Below, piece after piece: positions 27,129-37,836 of a DNA stretch of 64,000 bases. Origin of the DNA: an uncultured Acidobacteriota bacterium (lineage in GTDB: Bacteria > Acidobacteriota > Thermoanaerobaculia > Multivoradales > SZUA-115); the NCBI GenBank assembly GCA_963805975.1, contig CAWDVR010000002.1:512001-576000 (forward strand). Direction: 5' to 3'. Below the pieces are notes generated by a model. That model ran no database searches. It worked only from the letters and a program-made list of their open reading frames with translations, and was not told the DNA's origin. The translations under genes were made by a program, and so were the position numbers. Within the stretch, counting starts at the first letter, position 1; each line of letters starts with the position of its first letter.

Positions 27129-28243
27129 GCAAGGCGGTTGCGAGGCTCGCGCTGGCGCTCGTCGTTCTCTGCCTCGCCGCGATCCCGAGGCTTGCCGCGG
27201 CCCAAGCGCCGGTCGAGCCGCTCGAGGGGCTCGACCCGGTGCTCCTCGTCGAAGGCCGGGAGGTGCAGGGCGATCCCAAGCTGTTCCTGGATCGCGACGG
27301 CTTCCGCTACTCGTTCGCCAACCCCGAGACCCGTGCCCGCTTCGAGCGCGAGCCAGAGCGCTTCGAGATCCGGCTCCACGGGCTCTGCGCCCGCATGGGC
27401 GAGACCACGCTCGGCAACCCCGATCTCTTCCTCGTCCACGAGGGCCGCATCTACCTCTTCGGCTCGCCGCAGTGCCGCGACCTCTTCCGCGCCGCGCCGC
27501 AGCGCTTCCTCGAAGGCCCGCCTGCACGGCCCCTCGCCGAGACGGCGGACGCCGCGTCCCGCGAGCGGGGCCGGCAGCTCGTGGAAGCCGCTGTGGCGGC
27601 GATGGGCGGTGCCGCGGTCGTGGACGGAGTGGAGCGCTTCGAGGTTCGCGCCAGGGAGGAGGCGGGCACGGGCGAAGGTGCCGCTCCGCTGGCGAGCGCC
27701 TGGACCTATCGCTTCCCCGACCAGGCCCGGCTCGAAGAGCAAAGGCCCTTCGGGCTCCTGACCTGGGTGATGACCCCGAGCGGGGCTTTCAACCAGTTCG
27801 GCCGCACCACCTATCCGCTCAACGACGTACAGGTGGCCTACGTGAGGCAGCGGCTCGCCCGCCACGTGCTCGTCCTGCTCAAGGCGCGCCGCGAGACCGG
27901 CTTCGTGTCCGCCGCACTGGGTGCCGCGCGTGTTGGCGAGACGGCGGTCGAGCGGGTGGCCGTGACCGGCGGCGGCGCGGACGCCACGCTCGGCGTCGAC
28001 CCGGCGACCGGCCGGGTGGTGAGCCTCACCTATCGCGACCGCTTCGACGACGGGGCCTGGGGCGAGGTGGTCGAGGAGTACTCCGACTTCCGCGCCACCG
28101 GCGGGCTGACCCTACCCTTCCGCGTGCGCACTACCTGGAACGGCCAGCCCTGGCCGCGCCGCACGCGCGTGGTCGAGTCCGTCCACGTCAATCGCGAGCT
28201 GCCTGCCGAGACCTTCGATCGGCCCGCGTCGGGAGCGCCGTGA
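27125..28243 (+). CDS. Secreted YHS-like domain protein with a beta-rich (possibly LolA-like) C-terminal domain
   Basis: ATG 27125, signal peptide, second GLDPV...HGLC...YLFGSPQC module; AAMGG...YSDFR..GGLTLPF...VN..LP..F tail. Confidence 0.75.
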   Translation: MSKAVARLALALVVLCLAAIPRLAAAQAPVEPLEGLDPVLLVEGREVQGDPKLFLDRDGFRYSFANPETRARFEREPERFEIRLHGLCARMGETTLGNPDLFLVHEGRIYLFGSPQCRDLFRAAPQRFLEGPPARPLAETADAASRERGRQLVEAAVAAMGGAAVVDGVERFEVRAREEAGTGEGAAPLASAWTYRFPDQARLEEQRPFGLLTWVMTPSGAFNQFGRTTYPLNDVQVAYVRQRLARHVLVLLKARRETGFVSAALGAARVGETAVERVAVTGGGADATLGVDPATGRVVSLTYRDRFDDGAWGEVVEEYSDFRATGGLTLPFRVRTTWNGQPWPRRTRVVESVHVNRELPAETFDRPASGAP

Positions 28244-29514
28244 GCGATCGGCAGCGGGGCGTTCCCCGCCGCCTCGCCCTCGCGGGCTTGACTCTCGCCC
28301 TCCCGCTCCTGGCAGCCACGGAAGGGAGCGCGCCGCAAGGATGGCCGCAGTGGGGCGGCCCGAATCGCAACTTCACGCTGGCGCCCGCGGAGCTCGCCAA
28401 CGCTTGGCCCGAGGGCGGTCCGCGCAAGCTCTGGAGCCGAGAGCTGGGCGACGGCTACTCGGGAATTGCCGCCGCGGAGGGCCGCCTGTACACACTCTAC
28501 CGCCGCGGCGAGGAGGAGGTGGCGGTCGCGCTCGACGCGGCGTCGGGCAAGACGCTCTGGGAGCGTGCCTACCCGGCGCCCTTCAGCGCCGAGTACGACA
28601 TGTCGCACGGCCCAGGCCCACACGCCATGCCGCTGGTGGTCGGGCCGAGGGTCTTCACCGCCGGCTCCACCGGCAAGCTCTCCGCCCTCGACGCGGCGAG
28701 CGGCGCGCTCCTCTGGCAGAGCGATCTCGTCGCCGGCCTCGGCGGCACGCTGCGGGTGAACGGCTACGCTTCGAGCCCCATCGCCTTCGGGGACACGGTG
28801 ATCGCGCAGGTGGGCGGCGCCGGCCACGCGCTGGTGGCGTTCCGGCAGACGGACGGCGCGATCCTCTGGCAGCGGCACGACTTCCGGAACTCGGCGTCCT
28901 CGCCGCTCCTCATCTCGCTCGACGGCCAGCAGCAGCTCGTCGCCTTCCTCTACGCCGAGGTCGTGGGCCTCGACCCTGCCACCGGCGACCTCTTGTGGAG
29001 CCACCCCACCCCGGCGGATTTCGGCCTCAACGTCAGCCTGCCGGTGTGGGGCGAGGACGGTGTGCTCTTTCTCTCCTCGTCCTACGGCAACGGCAGCCGG
29101 GCCCTGAAGCTGGCGCACAAGGCTGCGGCCACCGAGGTGCAGGAGCTGTGGTTCACCAACCGGATGCGGCTCCAGTTCTCGAACGCGGTGCGGCTGGGCA
29201 GCCGCATCTACGGCTCGAGCGGCGACTTCGGCCCGGCCCCATTCACCGCGCTGGACCTCGCCACGGGCGCCATTCTCTGGCGCGACCGCTCCCTCGCCCG
29301 CTCCTCGACGCTCGCGGTCGGCGACCACCTGCTCCTGCTCGACGAGGACGGCAACCTCGCCCTCGCCTCGCCCGGCGAGACGGGCCTCACCGTGCACGCC
29401 CGGGCCAAGCTCCTGGAAGCCCCCGCCTGGACCCCGCCAACCCTGGTGGGAACGACCCTCTACCTGCGGGACCGGAAGGTGATCGTGGCGCTGGACCTAT
29501 CGCCCGGGGGCTAG
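28240..29514 (+). CDS. PQQ-binding-like beta-propeller repeat protein (BamB-like)
   Basis: GTG 28240, signal peptide, WPQWGGPNRN, repeated ALDAASG..LW. Confidence 0.9.
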   Translation: MSDRQRGVPRRLALAGLTLALPLLAATEGSAPQGWPQWGGPNRNFTLAPAELANAWPEGGPRKLWSRELGDGYSGIAAAEGRLYTLYRRGEEEVAVALDAASGKTLWERAYPAPFSAEYDMSHGPGPHAMPLVVGPRVFTAGSTGKLSALDAASGALLWQSDLVAGLGGTLRVNGYASSPIAFGDTVIAQVGGAGHALVAFRQTDGAILWQRHDFRNSASSPLLISLDGQQQLVAFLYAEVVGLDPATGDLLWSHPTPADFGLNVSLPVWGEDGVLFLSSSYGNGSRALKLAHKAAATEVQELWFTNRMRLQFSNAVRLGSRIYGSSGDFGPAPFTALDLATGAILWRDRSLARSSTLAVGDHLLLLDEDGNLALASPGETGLTVHARAKLLEAPAWTPPTLVGTTLYLRDRKVIVALDLSPGG

Positions 29515-29585
29515 GCGGCTTCCAGACCCCTGGGTGTCTCCTTGATCGCGCCCGCACGAGACCGAGGTCGTACGGCAACCGTCGA

Positions 29586-29900
29586 CTATGGGATCGGGCC
29601 TTCGCGCCGGCTCTTCCAGATTTCCGGGTTTCGGGCCTGATGGAGCATCGCCAGAATGACGACCCGCTCTCGTTCCTCGTGGATGAAGTAGAGGATCTGG
29701 TAGGGGAAAGGCCGAGGAGAGAGCGCCCGACGCACGTCGCCGTAGACGACTGGAAAGCGGAGCGGGTGCTCCTCGATCGCGCCGAGCGTCTCACGAACGA
29801 CCACGAGGAACTCCTCTCCGAGGCCTGAACGCTGGGTTTCATACCAGAGAAAGGCGTCCGTGACATCGGCGTCAACGGCCGGCAGCGAGAAGCTTCTCAT
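29586..29900 (-). CDS. Type II toxin, RelE/ParE family
   Basis: WYETQRSGLGEEF, FPYQILY, LAMLHQARNPEIWKSR. Confidence 0.9.
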   Translation of the reverse strand: MRSFSLPAVDADVTDAFLWYETQRSGLGEEFLVVVRETLGAIEEHPLRFPVVYGDVRRALSPRPFPYQILYFIHEERERVVILAMLHQARNPEIWKSRREGPIP

Positions 29901-30172
29901 CCCCGCTGTTGCGCCAACGCAGCCCGCGCATTGGCTTCGATCTGCTCCCAGGACAGCGTGTCGTCGGGGTTCCGGCGGTACGCCTCGAGCCGCTGATCGA
30001 TGATCTTCTTCTGCCAGTCGTACAGCGGAGGCTCGGAATCAGCCGACCGGATGTACCGGCGGAGCGCTTCACGCACCAGCTCGGAGCGGGTCCGGTGCTC
30101 CTTGCGACGGACATCTTCGACCAGATCGAAGAGCTCCTCGGGCAAGGTGATGGTCATGTTCTTGATGGACAC
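29897..30172 (-). CDS. Antitoxin: CopG/RHH domain fused to an addiction-module component
   Basis: MTITLPEEL...RTRSELVREALRRY, then WQKKIIDQRLEAY..NPD..LSWEQI; overlaps the toxin start by 4 nt; start codon uncertain. Confidence 0.85.
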   Translation of the reverse strand: MSIKNMTITLPEELFDLVEDVRRKEHRTRSELVREALRRYIRSADSEPPLYDWQKKIIDQRLEAYRRNPDDTLSWEQIEANARAALAQQRG

Positions 30173-30232
30173 GGCGGGCAGCCCTCGACATTGAAATTCC
30201 ATGGATGACACTAGGAAACATGACCGGGGCTG

Positions 30233-31558
30233 TCAAGGCTGGCTCCTCGGCCCATTGCTACTCTGGTGACGAAACAGCAAGTAGTACACCGGCAGCCCCA
30301 GCGCCACCACTCCCAGGCCGAGGGCGACCTCACGGGGCCGCCCGGCGGCGAGCAGCACCAGGACCAGCACCACGCTCGCGAGGAAGAGGATCGGCGTCCA
30401 GGGAAAGAGCGGCGTCTGGTAGGCCGCGGCCGGCTGGCGCCTCCGGAAGCGGAAGAGCCCCACGACCATCAGCCCCAGGAAGAGCACCGTCGCGAAGACG
30501 AAGTAGGCGACGATCGCGTCGAACGTCCCGAGGATGACCAGGAGAGCGGCGAGAGAGGCCTGGAGGATGACGGCAAAGACCGGCGCGCCGGTACGAGGGC
30601 TGACTCTCGCCACCCAGGCGGGCATCAGGCCGTCCCTCGCCATGGCGAAGTAGACCCGCGGCGCCATGGTCATGAAGGCGAAGAGGCTGCCCAGGATGGA
30701 GAGCGCCACCAGGCCGGTCAGCACCCGCCCTCCCGCCTCCCCGAAGAGCGCCGTGCCGGCCTGGGCCGCAAACGCCTCGCTCGACTCCACGGCCTCGAGC
30801 GGCACCAGGTAGAGGAAGACGGCGCTCACCGCCACGTAGAGCACCGTGACCAGGGCCACTCCGAGCGCGAGCGCCCGCGGCAGGGTCCGCTGCGGCTCCC
30901 GGACCTCGCCTCCGAGCTTGGCGAGCTCCCACCAGCCCCCGAAGGAGAAGAACGCGGACACCACCGCGCCGGCGAGCGCGGGCAGGAGCGGCGAGGCTCC
31001 GGCCCGGCGCTCCAGCATGGGGAAGAAGTGGGACGAGTCGCCGGCCAGCGAGAGGAAGCCCCAGGCCACGAGCAGCACCAGGAGGCCGACCTTGGCCACC
31101 GCCAGCCAGTGGCCGATGCCCGCCGCGAGCTTCACCCCGGCGAGGTTCGCCAGCGCCACGGCGAGGATCGCCGTCAGGGCCACGGCTTGCGCCGGGAGCC
31201 CGGGCACGAGGGCGTGCACGTAGGCGCCCAGGCCGGCGGCGAGCGCCGCGTTGAGGCCCGGGTCCAGGACCATCAGGCACTTCCAGCCGTAGAGGAACGC
31301 CACCGCCGGGCCGAAGGCCTCCCGCAGGTAGACGTAGCCGCCGCCGGCCGCGGGAAAGCGCGCCGCGAGCTCCCCGAAGCAGAGCGCGCCGCAGAAAGCC
31401 GTGCCGCCCATGAAGAGCCACACCAGGAGCAGCAGGCCCGGCGAGGCGAGCGCCCGCGCCATCTCGGCCGGGGTCAGGAAGATGCCGACGCCGATCGTCC
31501 CGCCCACCACCAGGGCGGTGGCGGCGGGCAGGCCGACCTGACGGCGGAGCTCGGTCAT
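30233..31558 (-). CDS. APC-family amino acid permease
   Basis: IGVGIFLTP, ELAARFP..GGGYVYLREAFG, GGEVREPQRTLPR; many hydrophobic segments. Confidence 0.92.
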   Translation of the reverse strand: MTELRRQVGLPAATALVVGGTIGVGIFLTPAEMARALASPGLLLLVWLFMGGTAFCGALCFGELAARFPAAGGGYVYLREAFGPAVAFLYGWKCLMVLDPGLNAALAAGLGAYVHALVPGLPAQAVALTAILAVALANLAGVKLAAGIGHWLAVAKVGLLVLLVAWGFLSLAGDSSHFFPMLERRAGASPLLPALAGAVVSAFFSFGGWWELAKLGGEVREPQRTLPRALALGVALVTVLYVAVSAVFLYLVPLEAVESSEAFAAQAGTALFGEAGGRVLTGLVALSILGSLFAFMTMAPRVYFAMARDGLMPAWVARVSPRTGAPVFAVILQASLAALLVILGTFDAIVAYFVFATVLFLGLMVVGLFRFRRRQPAAAYQTPLFPWTPILFLASVVLVLVLLAAGRPREVALGLGVVALGLPVYYLLFRHQSSNGPRSQP

Positions 31559-31614
31559 GATTTCTCGGCTCTCACGGCCACAGACACTGTCTCAAAAGGT
31601 ACGAGAAAGAGGGC

Positions 31615-32028
31615 TCAGCCCCGGCAGTAGCCTTCCCCGGGGCGCACCGTGAGGCAGTTCGTCTTCTCGGCGAGCCATTTCATGCCGGTTTCGGCGCCGG
31701 TGGTCGCCCGGATCGACTCCTTCACGCCATCGCGCTCGAACCAGATCCGGCCATCGGCGGCGGTTCCCGCGTAGACCTTCGGGCCGTCCAGGTCCTGGAT
31801 CGTGATCTCGTAATGGCCCTGGCCGCCGGCGAGGCGGAGGAATGTTCCCTCCGGTCCGTTCCATTGGCCGAGCCAGGTGTCGGTCACGGGAGCCGCGGCT
31901 TCCGGGGAGCCCGCGGGCGTCGTAGAGCCGGGCTTCGTCGCGCCGGGGCCTTCCCCGCCGCCCGGACAGCCCAGGACGAGAAGCGTCAAGGCCAGAGAGG
32001 CGGCGCGCGGCGAGGACAGATGCTTCAT
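31615..32028 (-). CDS. Hypothetical lipoprotein
   Basis: Lipobox-like VLGC; WLGQWNGPEGT...TGMKWL..K.NCL......GYCR. Confidence 0.75.
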   Translation of the reverse strand: MKHLSSPRAASLALTLLVLGCPGGGEGPGATKPGSTTPAGSPEAAAPVTDTWLGQWNGPEGTFLRLAGGQGHYEITIQDLDGPKVYAGTAADGRIWFERDGVKESIRATTGAETGMKWLAEKTNCLTVRPGEGYCRG

Positions 32029-32056
32029 CGATCTACCGATCTGGCGGTCTCGCCGC

Positions 32057-32832
32057 CTACCCTGCTCCGCCCTTTTCCTTGGCCGGCGGGCGGGCGGTGA
32101 GCTTGGCCTTCAAGAAGTCGCGGTTGAGGCGGGCGATGAAGTCGATCGAGATGTCCTTGGGGCAGACCGCCTCGCACTCGCGGAAGTTGGAGCAGGAGCC
32201 GAAGCCCTCGGCTTCCATCTGCTCGACCATGCGGAGGACGCGCCCGTAGCGCTCCGGCTGCCCCTGCGGCAGGAGCCCGAGGTGCGAGACCTTGGCGCCC
32301 ACGAAGAGCTGCGCCGCGCCGTTCGGGCACTGGGCCACGCAGGCACCGCAGCCGATGCAGGTGGCGGCGTCCATGGCGTGGTCGGCGACCGGCTTGGGCA
32401 CCGGCAGGTTGTTGGCCTCGGGCGCCGAGCCGGTCGAGACCGAGACGAAGCCGCCGGCCTGGATGATGCGGTCGAAGGCGGCGCGGTCGACCACCAGGTC
32501 CTGCACCACGGGGAAGCCGCGCGAGCGCCAGGGCTCGATGTAGATCGTGTCGCCGTCCGTGAAGTGGCGCATGTGGAGCTGGCAGGTGGCGGTCGAGCGC
32601 GAGGGCCCGTGCGCCACGCCGTTGATCATCAGCCCGCAGGAGCCGCAGATGCCCTCGCGGCAGTCGTGCTCGAACTCGATCGGCCGTTCGCCCGCTTCGA
32701 TCAGGCGCTCGTTGACCACGTCGAGCATCTCGAGGAAGGACATGTCCGGGCTGATGTCCCGCGCCTCGTAGCGCTCCATCCTCCCCGCGGCGCTCGGGCC
32801 CGCCTGGCGCCAGACGTAGAGCGTCAGGTGCA

Positions 32833-32833
<1 letters not shown>
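32057..32833 (-). CDS. sdhB: Succinate dehydrogenase/fumarate reductase Fe-S subunit
   Basis: [34 protein letters not shown]; start set at ATG 32833. Confidence 0.96.
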
Positions 32834-34746
<1,913 letters not shown>

Positions 34747-34767
34747 CGCGCGGGCTCTTCCGAAAGG

Positions 34768-35475
34768 CTAGCGCACGATCCCCGCCAGCACGGCGATCGG
34801 GAACGAGACGTTGCCGGCGGTGACGAGGAAGGCGAAGGCGGCGGCCGCACTGCGGCGCCAGGCGTTGTAGCGCGGGTGGTTCCAGCCCAGGCTCTGGCAC
34901 AGGCTCCAGATGCCGTGGTAGAGGTGGAGACCCAACGCCAGGTTGGCGGCCACGTAGAAGAGCGCGACGAACGGATTCTGAAAGCCCGTGACCACGTTGT
35001 GGTAGACCTCGCCCGGCCGGAAATCCGGGTGCGCGTTCCCCCAGGTGAGGTGCATCAGGTGGTAGACGACGAAGAGCAGGATGATCACCCCGCCCCAACG
35101 CATGGTGCGCGCCGCGTAGTCCGTCTCGACGAAGGCGTGCTTCACGTACCGCGAGCCCCGCGCGCGCCGGCTCCGGCGGGTGACCTGCCAGGCCGCCACG
35201 ATGTGGGCCACGACAGCCGCCAGCAGGCCGGCCCGCGCCACCCACAGCAGGCCGCCGGCCGGAAGCAGGGGCGGCCCCAGCGCGCGCAGGCTCTCGGCGT
35301 AGTGGTCGTACTCCGCCTGGCCGAGGTACATCTTCAGGTTGCCGGCCATGTGGCCGAGCACGAAGCCGAAGAGGGCCACGCCGGACACCGCCATCACCGC
35401 CTTTTTGGCCAGCGACGAGCGCCAGAACGAGGTGCCGCCGGGCGCGGGGCGATCGACGGTTTCGACTTTCGACAT
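34768..35475 (-). CDS. sdhC: Succinate dehydrogenase cytochrome b subunit
   Basis: KKAVMAVSG, HM.GNLK and several heme-ligand His in TM helices; first gene of sdhCAB. Confidence 0.93.
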   Translation of the reverse strand: MSKVETVDRPAPGGTSFWRSSLAKKAVMAVSGVALFGFVLGHMAGNLKMYLGQAEYDHYAESLRALGPPLLPAGGLLWVARAGLLAAVVAHIVAAWQVTRRSRRARGSRYVKHAFVETDYAARTMRWGGVIILLFVVYHLMHLTWGNAHPDFRPGEVYHNVVTGFQNPFVALFYVAANLALGLHLYHGIWSLCQSLGWNHPRYNAWRRSAAAAFAFLVTAGNVSFPIAVLAGIVR

Positions 35476-35521
35476 CAAACCGGAACCCTCCCTCGAGGCT
35501 CCTCCCTCAAAACTGGGGCCT

Positions 35522-36904
35522 TCAAGACTCCACGCGACGGCGGCGACGACGGCGGAAAGGCCGGCCGCCACGGCGTTCTCCCGGCCTCGCCGAGGCCCGC
35601 AGATCCTCGGCTTCCGTGCCCTCGGTCCCATGGCCTTCCGTGGCCTTCGCGGCTGCCGCCCGCCGGCCGGCCTCCTTCCACGCCGCCAGCACTTCCCGGC
35701 CGTCCGCCGTCGCCCGCACCATCACCTCGAGCAGCGCCAGGGCGTTGACGAAGGACGAGCGGCGCGCCAGGCGCAGCCGGTCCGCCTCTTTCCACCTCGG
35801 GTCGGCGAGGAGCTGGAAACCGACCAGCGCCTGGTGCATCTCCTCAGAGCGGGCGCGGGAGAGCGCGAAGCGGGCGACGAAGGGCTCGACCGCCTCGCGC
35901 ACCAGCCCGTCGAGGGCGGTGCGGCGCATCGGCCGCTGGGCCTCGGCGTCGTAGCGCCGCAGGAGGACGGCCGGCAGCAGCAGCACGGCGAGCAGCACCG
36001 AATCGGAGAGCGTGGCGCCTTCCTGGATCATGGTGTCGATCGTCGGCAGCAGCCGGCCGAACTCTCCCAGGCCCCGCGCGCTGGCGCTGAGCATGGCCAG
36101 GGCCTCGGGCAGCAGCGCCTCGACCAGCCCGAGGTCCAGCATCCACTGCATGGCGGCGCCCGAGTGGCCGCAGCGCAGGAGCTGCACGATCTCCTCGGTC
36201 ATCCTCGCCGGCGACGCCTTGGCCACCTCCCCCGCCAGCTCGCAGATCGACTCCTGGGTCTTCCTCTCGATGCCGAAGCCCAGCCGGGCCGCGAACTCGC
36301 AGGCGCGCAGCATGCGCACCGGGTCCTCGCGGAAGCGCACGGCCGGGTCGCCGATCACGTGGATCAGCCGGCGCTCCAGATCCTCGATCCCGCCCACGTA
36401 GTCGATCACCGAGAAGTCGGCGATGTTGTAGAAGAGCGCGTTGACCGTGAAGTCGCGCCGGAAGGCGTCCTCGGACGGCGTGCCGAAGGTGTTGTCCGAG
36501 GTGATGAGGAGCTCGCCCGGCGCGGCGTCCTGCTCGTCGGGATCGGGGTTGCGGCGGAAGGTCGAGACCTCCACCACCCCGTCCTTGAAGAACACGTGCA
36601 CCAGCCGGAACCGGCGGCCGATGATCCGCGAGTTGCGGAACAGCCGGCGGATCTCGTTGGGCTTGGCGTCGGTGGCGGCGTCGAAATCCTTGGGCCGGCG
36701 TCCGAGCAGCAAGTCGCGAACACCTCCCCCCACCAGGTAGGCCTTGAAGCCCGCCGTCTGCAGGCGGTACAGGACCTTGATGGCGTTGGGCGAGATGTTC
36801 TTGCGAGAGATCGCGTGCTCGGAGCGCGCCAGGATTCGCGGCTCGCTCGACCAGGGCTCCTCGGTCAGAGGGTCACGGGCGGCGGTGGTATCGGCCTGTG
36901 CCAT
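35522..36904 (-). CDS. pcnB: Poly(A) polymerase PcnB
   Basis: VGGGVRDLLLG..PKDFD, PAP-specific IIGRRFRLVHV, RRDFTVNAL, EDPVRMLRA. Confidence 0.93.
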   Translation of the reverse strand: MAQADTTAARDPLTEEPWSSEPRILARSEHAISRKNISPNAIKVLYRLQTAGFKAYLVGGGVRDLLLGRRPKDFDAATDAKPNEIRRLFRNSRIIGRRFRLVHVFFKDGVVEVSTFRRNPDPDEQDAAPGELLITSDNTFGTPSEDAFRRDFTVNALFYNIADFSVIDYVGGIEDLERRLIHVIGDPAVRFREDPVRMLRACEFAARLGFGIERKTQESICELAGEVAKASPARMTEEIVQLLRCGHSGAAMQWMLDLGLVEALLPEALAMLSASARGLGEFGRLLPTIDTMIQEGATLSDSVLLAVLLLPAVLLRRYDAEAQRPMRRTALDGLVREAVEPFVARFALSRARSEEMHQALVGFQLLADPRWKEADRLRLARRSSFVNALALLEVMVRATADGREVLAAWKEAGRRAAAAKATEGHGTEGTEAEDLRASARPGERRGGRPFRRRRRRRVES

Positions 36905-37192
36905 TCAGGAGCGCGCCGCCCGCGCCCGGCGCGCACGCACGGGAAATGCGGTTCGAAAAGAGGGGTCCGGGTTCCGCACTTTGGCTGATGTCGTGGGCCG
37001 GGAGAGAGGGCGGCGGGGTGGGTGGGCTGTCCTCGGCGCGCTCCGCGCTCTGCCGGGCCGTCACTGTCGGGGACCGAAGTATACCCCAGGGCCGGGGCCC
37101 ACCTCAGGGTGGTGCCGGTGCCTCGTCCCGCAGCACGAAGGGCCGGCGCCGAGGCCCTGCGAACGATCGCAGACCTCGGCGCTGGCAGGCGG

Positions 37193-37711
37193 CTAGTGAT
37201 ACGGACAGTGCTCGTGGTGGGGGCGATGGTGCGACTGCGGGCGCCGGCCCTGGTGGCGGCGGTCGCGGCCGTGGTCGTCGCGGCCGTAGCGCTCGCGGCG
37301 GTCGTCGTACCGGCGATCGTCGTAACGCCGGTCGTCGTAACGATAGTCGTCCCCGCGATACCTCGGGCGCGGCGCGTAGCGGTCGAAGGCCGCGTGCCGA
37401 TCACTGTGGTACGCGTCGAAGTGGCGGCCGACTCCCGGGCACTGGGCGTCGTGGTAGTAGTAGTCGCCTTCCTTGAAGCAGCGCGAGGTGCAAGGGAAGT
37501 TGCGGTACGGGAAGCGCTCGTGCACCCGGTAGTAGTAGACCGGCCGGCGCTGGCGGTCGAAGTCCCGGAAGACGAGGTTCAAGTGGAACTGGCCGACCCT
37601 GAACCCGCTGCCGAGCACCCAATGGGCGTGGTCGGCGCGGGCCGGCGCGGCGGTCGCCAACGAGGCGATCAGGATCAGGGCTGAGGTACTGGCTGCGAGT
37701 GTCTTTCTCAT
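37193..37711 (-). CDS. Secreted Arg/Asp/His/Tyr-rich protein with (YDDRR) repeats
   Basis: AGGAGG RBS, signal peptide (ARA|DH), RYDDRRYDDRRYDDRR. Confidence 0.75.
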   Translation of the reverse strand: MRKTLAASTSALILIASLATAAPARADHAHWVLGSGFRVGQFHLNLVFRDFDRQRRPVYYYRVHERFPYRNFPCTSRCFKEGDYYYHDAQCPGVGRHFDAYHSDRHAAFDRYAPRPRYRGDDYRYDDRRYDDRRYDDRRERYGRDDHGRDRRHQGRRPQSHHRPHHEHCPYH

Positions 37712-37740
37712 GAGTTCGTCTACCTCCTGCCAGAGTCCAT

Positions 37741-37797
37741 ATCAGCTTCCATGCCAACCCGGCATGTTCAGGTAAACTATTGCAGATCAAGGGGTTG
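37741..37797 (-). promoter_or_regulatory. IHF-like site with a degenerate sigma-54-like promoter
   Basis: GATCAAGGGGTTG (37785-37797) matches WATCAANNNNTTR except the first base; TGGCATGGAAGCTGAT has GG-N10-GA rather than GC. Confidence 0.4.
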
Positions 37798-37836
37798 TAG
37801 CGATTCCGAGGCAGGCCACAACAACATTCGTCCTCG

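Noticed and set aside
26109-28243. YHS-like modules as selenoproteins, given selB in the window
   Set aside because: The relevant positions (GGQC, HGLC) are TGC Cys codons; there is no in-frame TGA.
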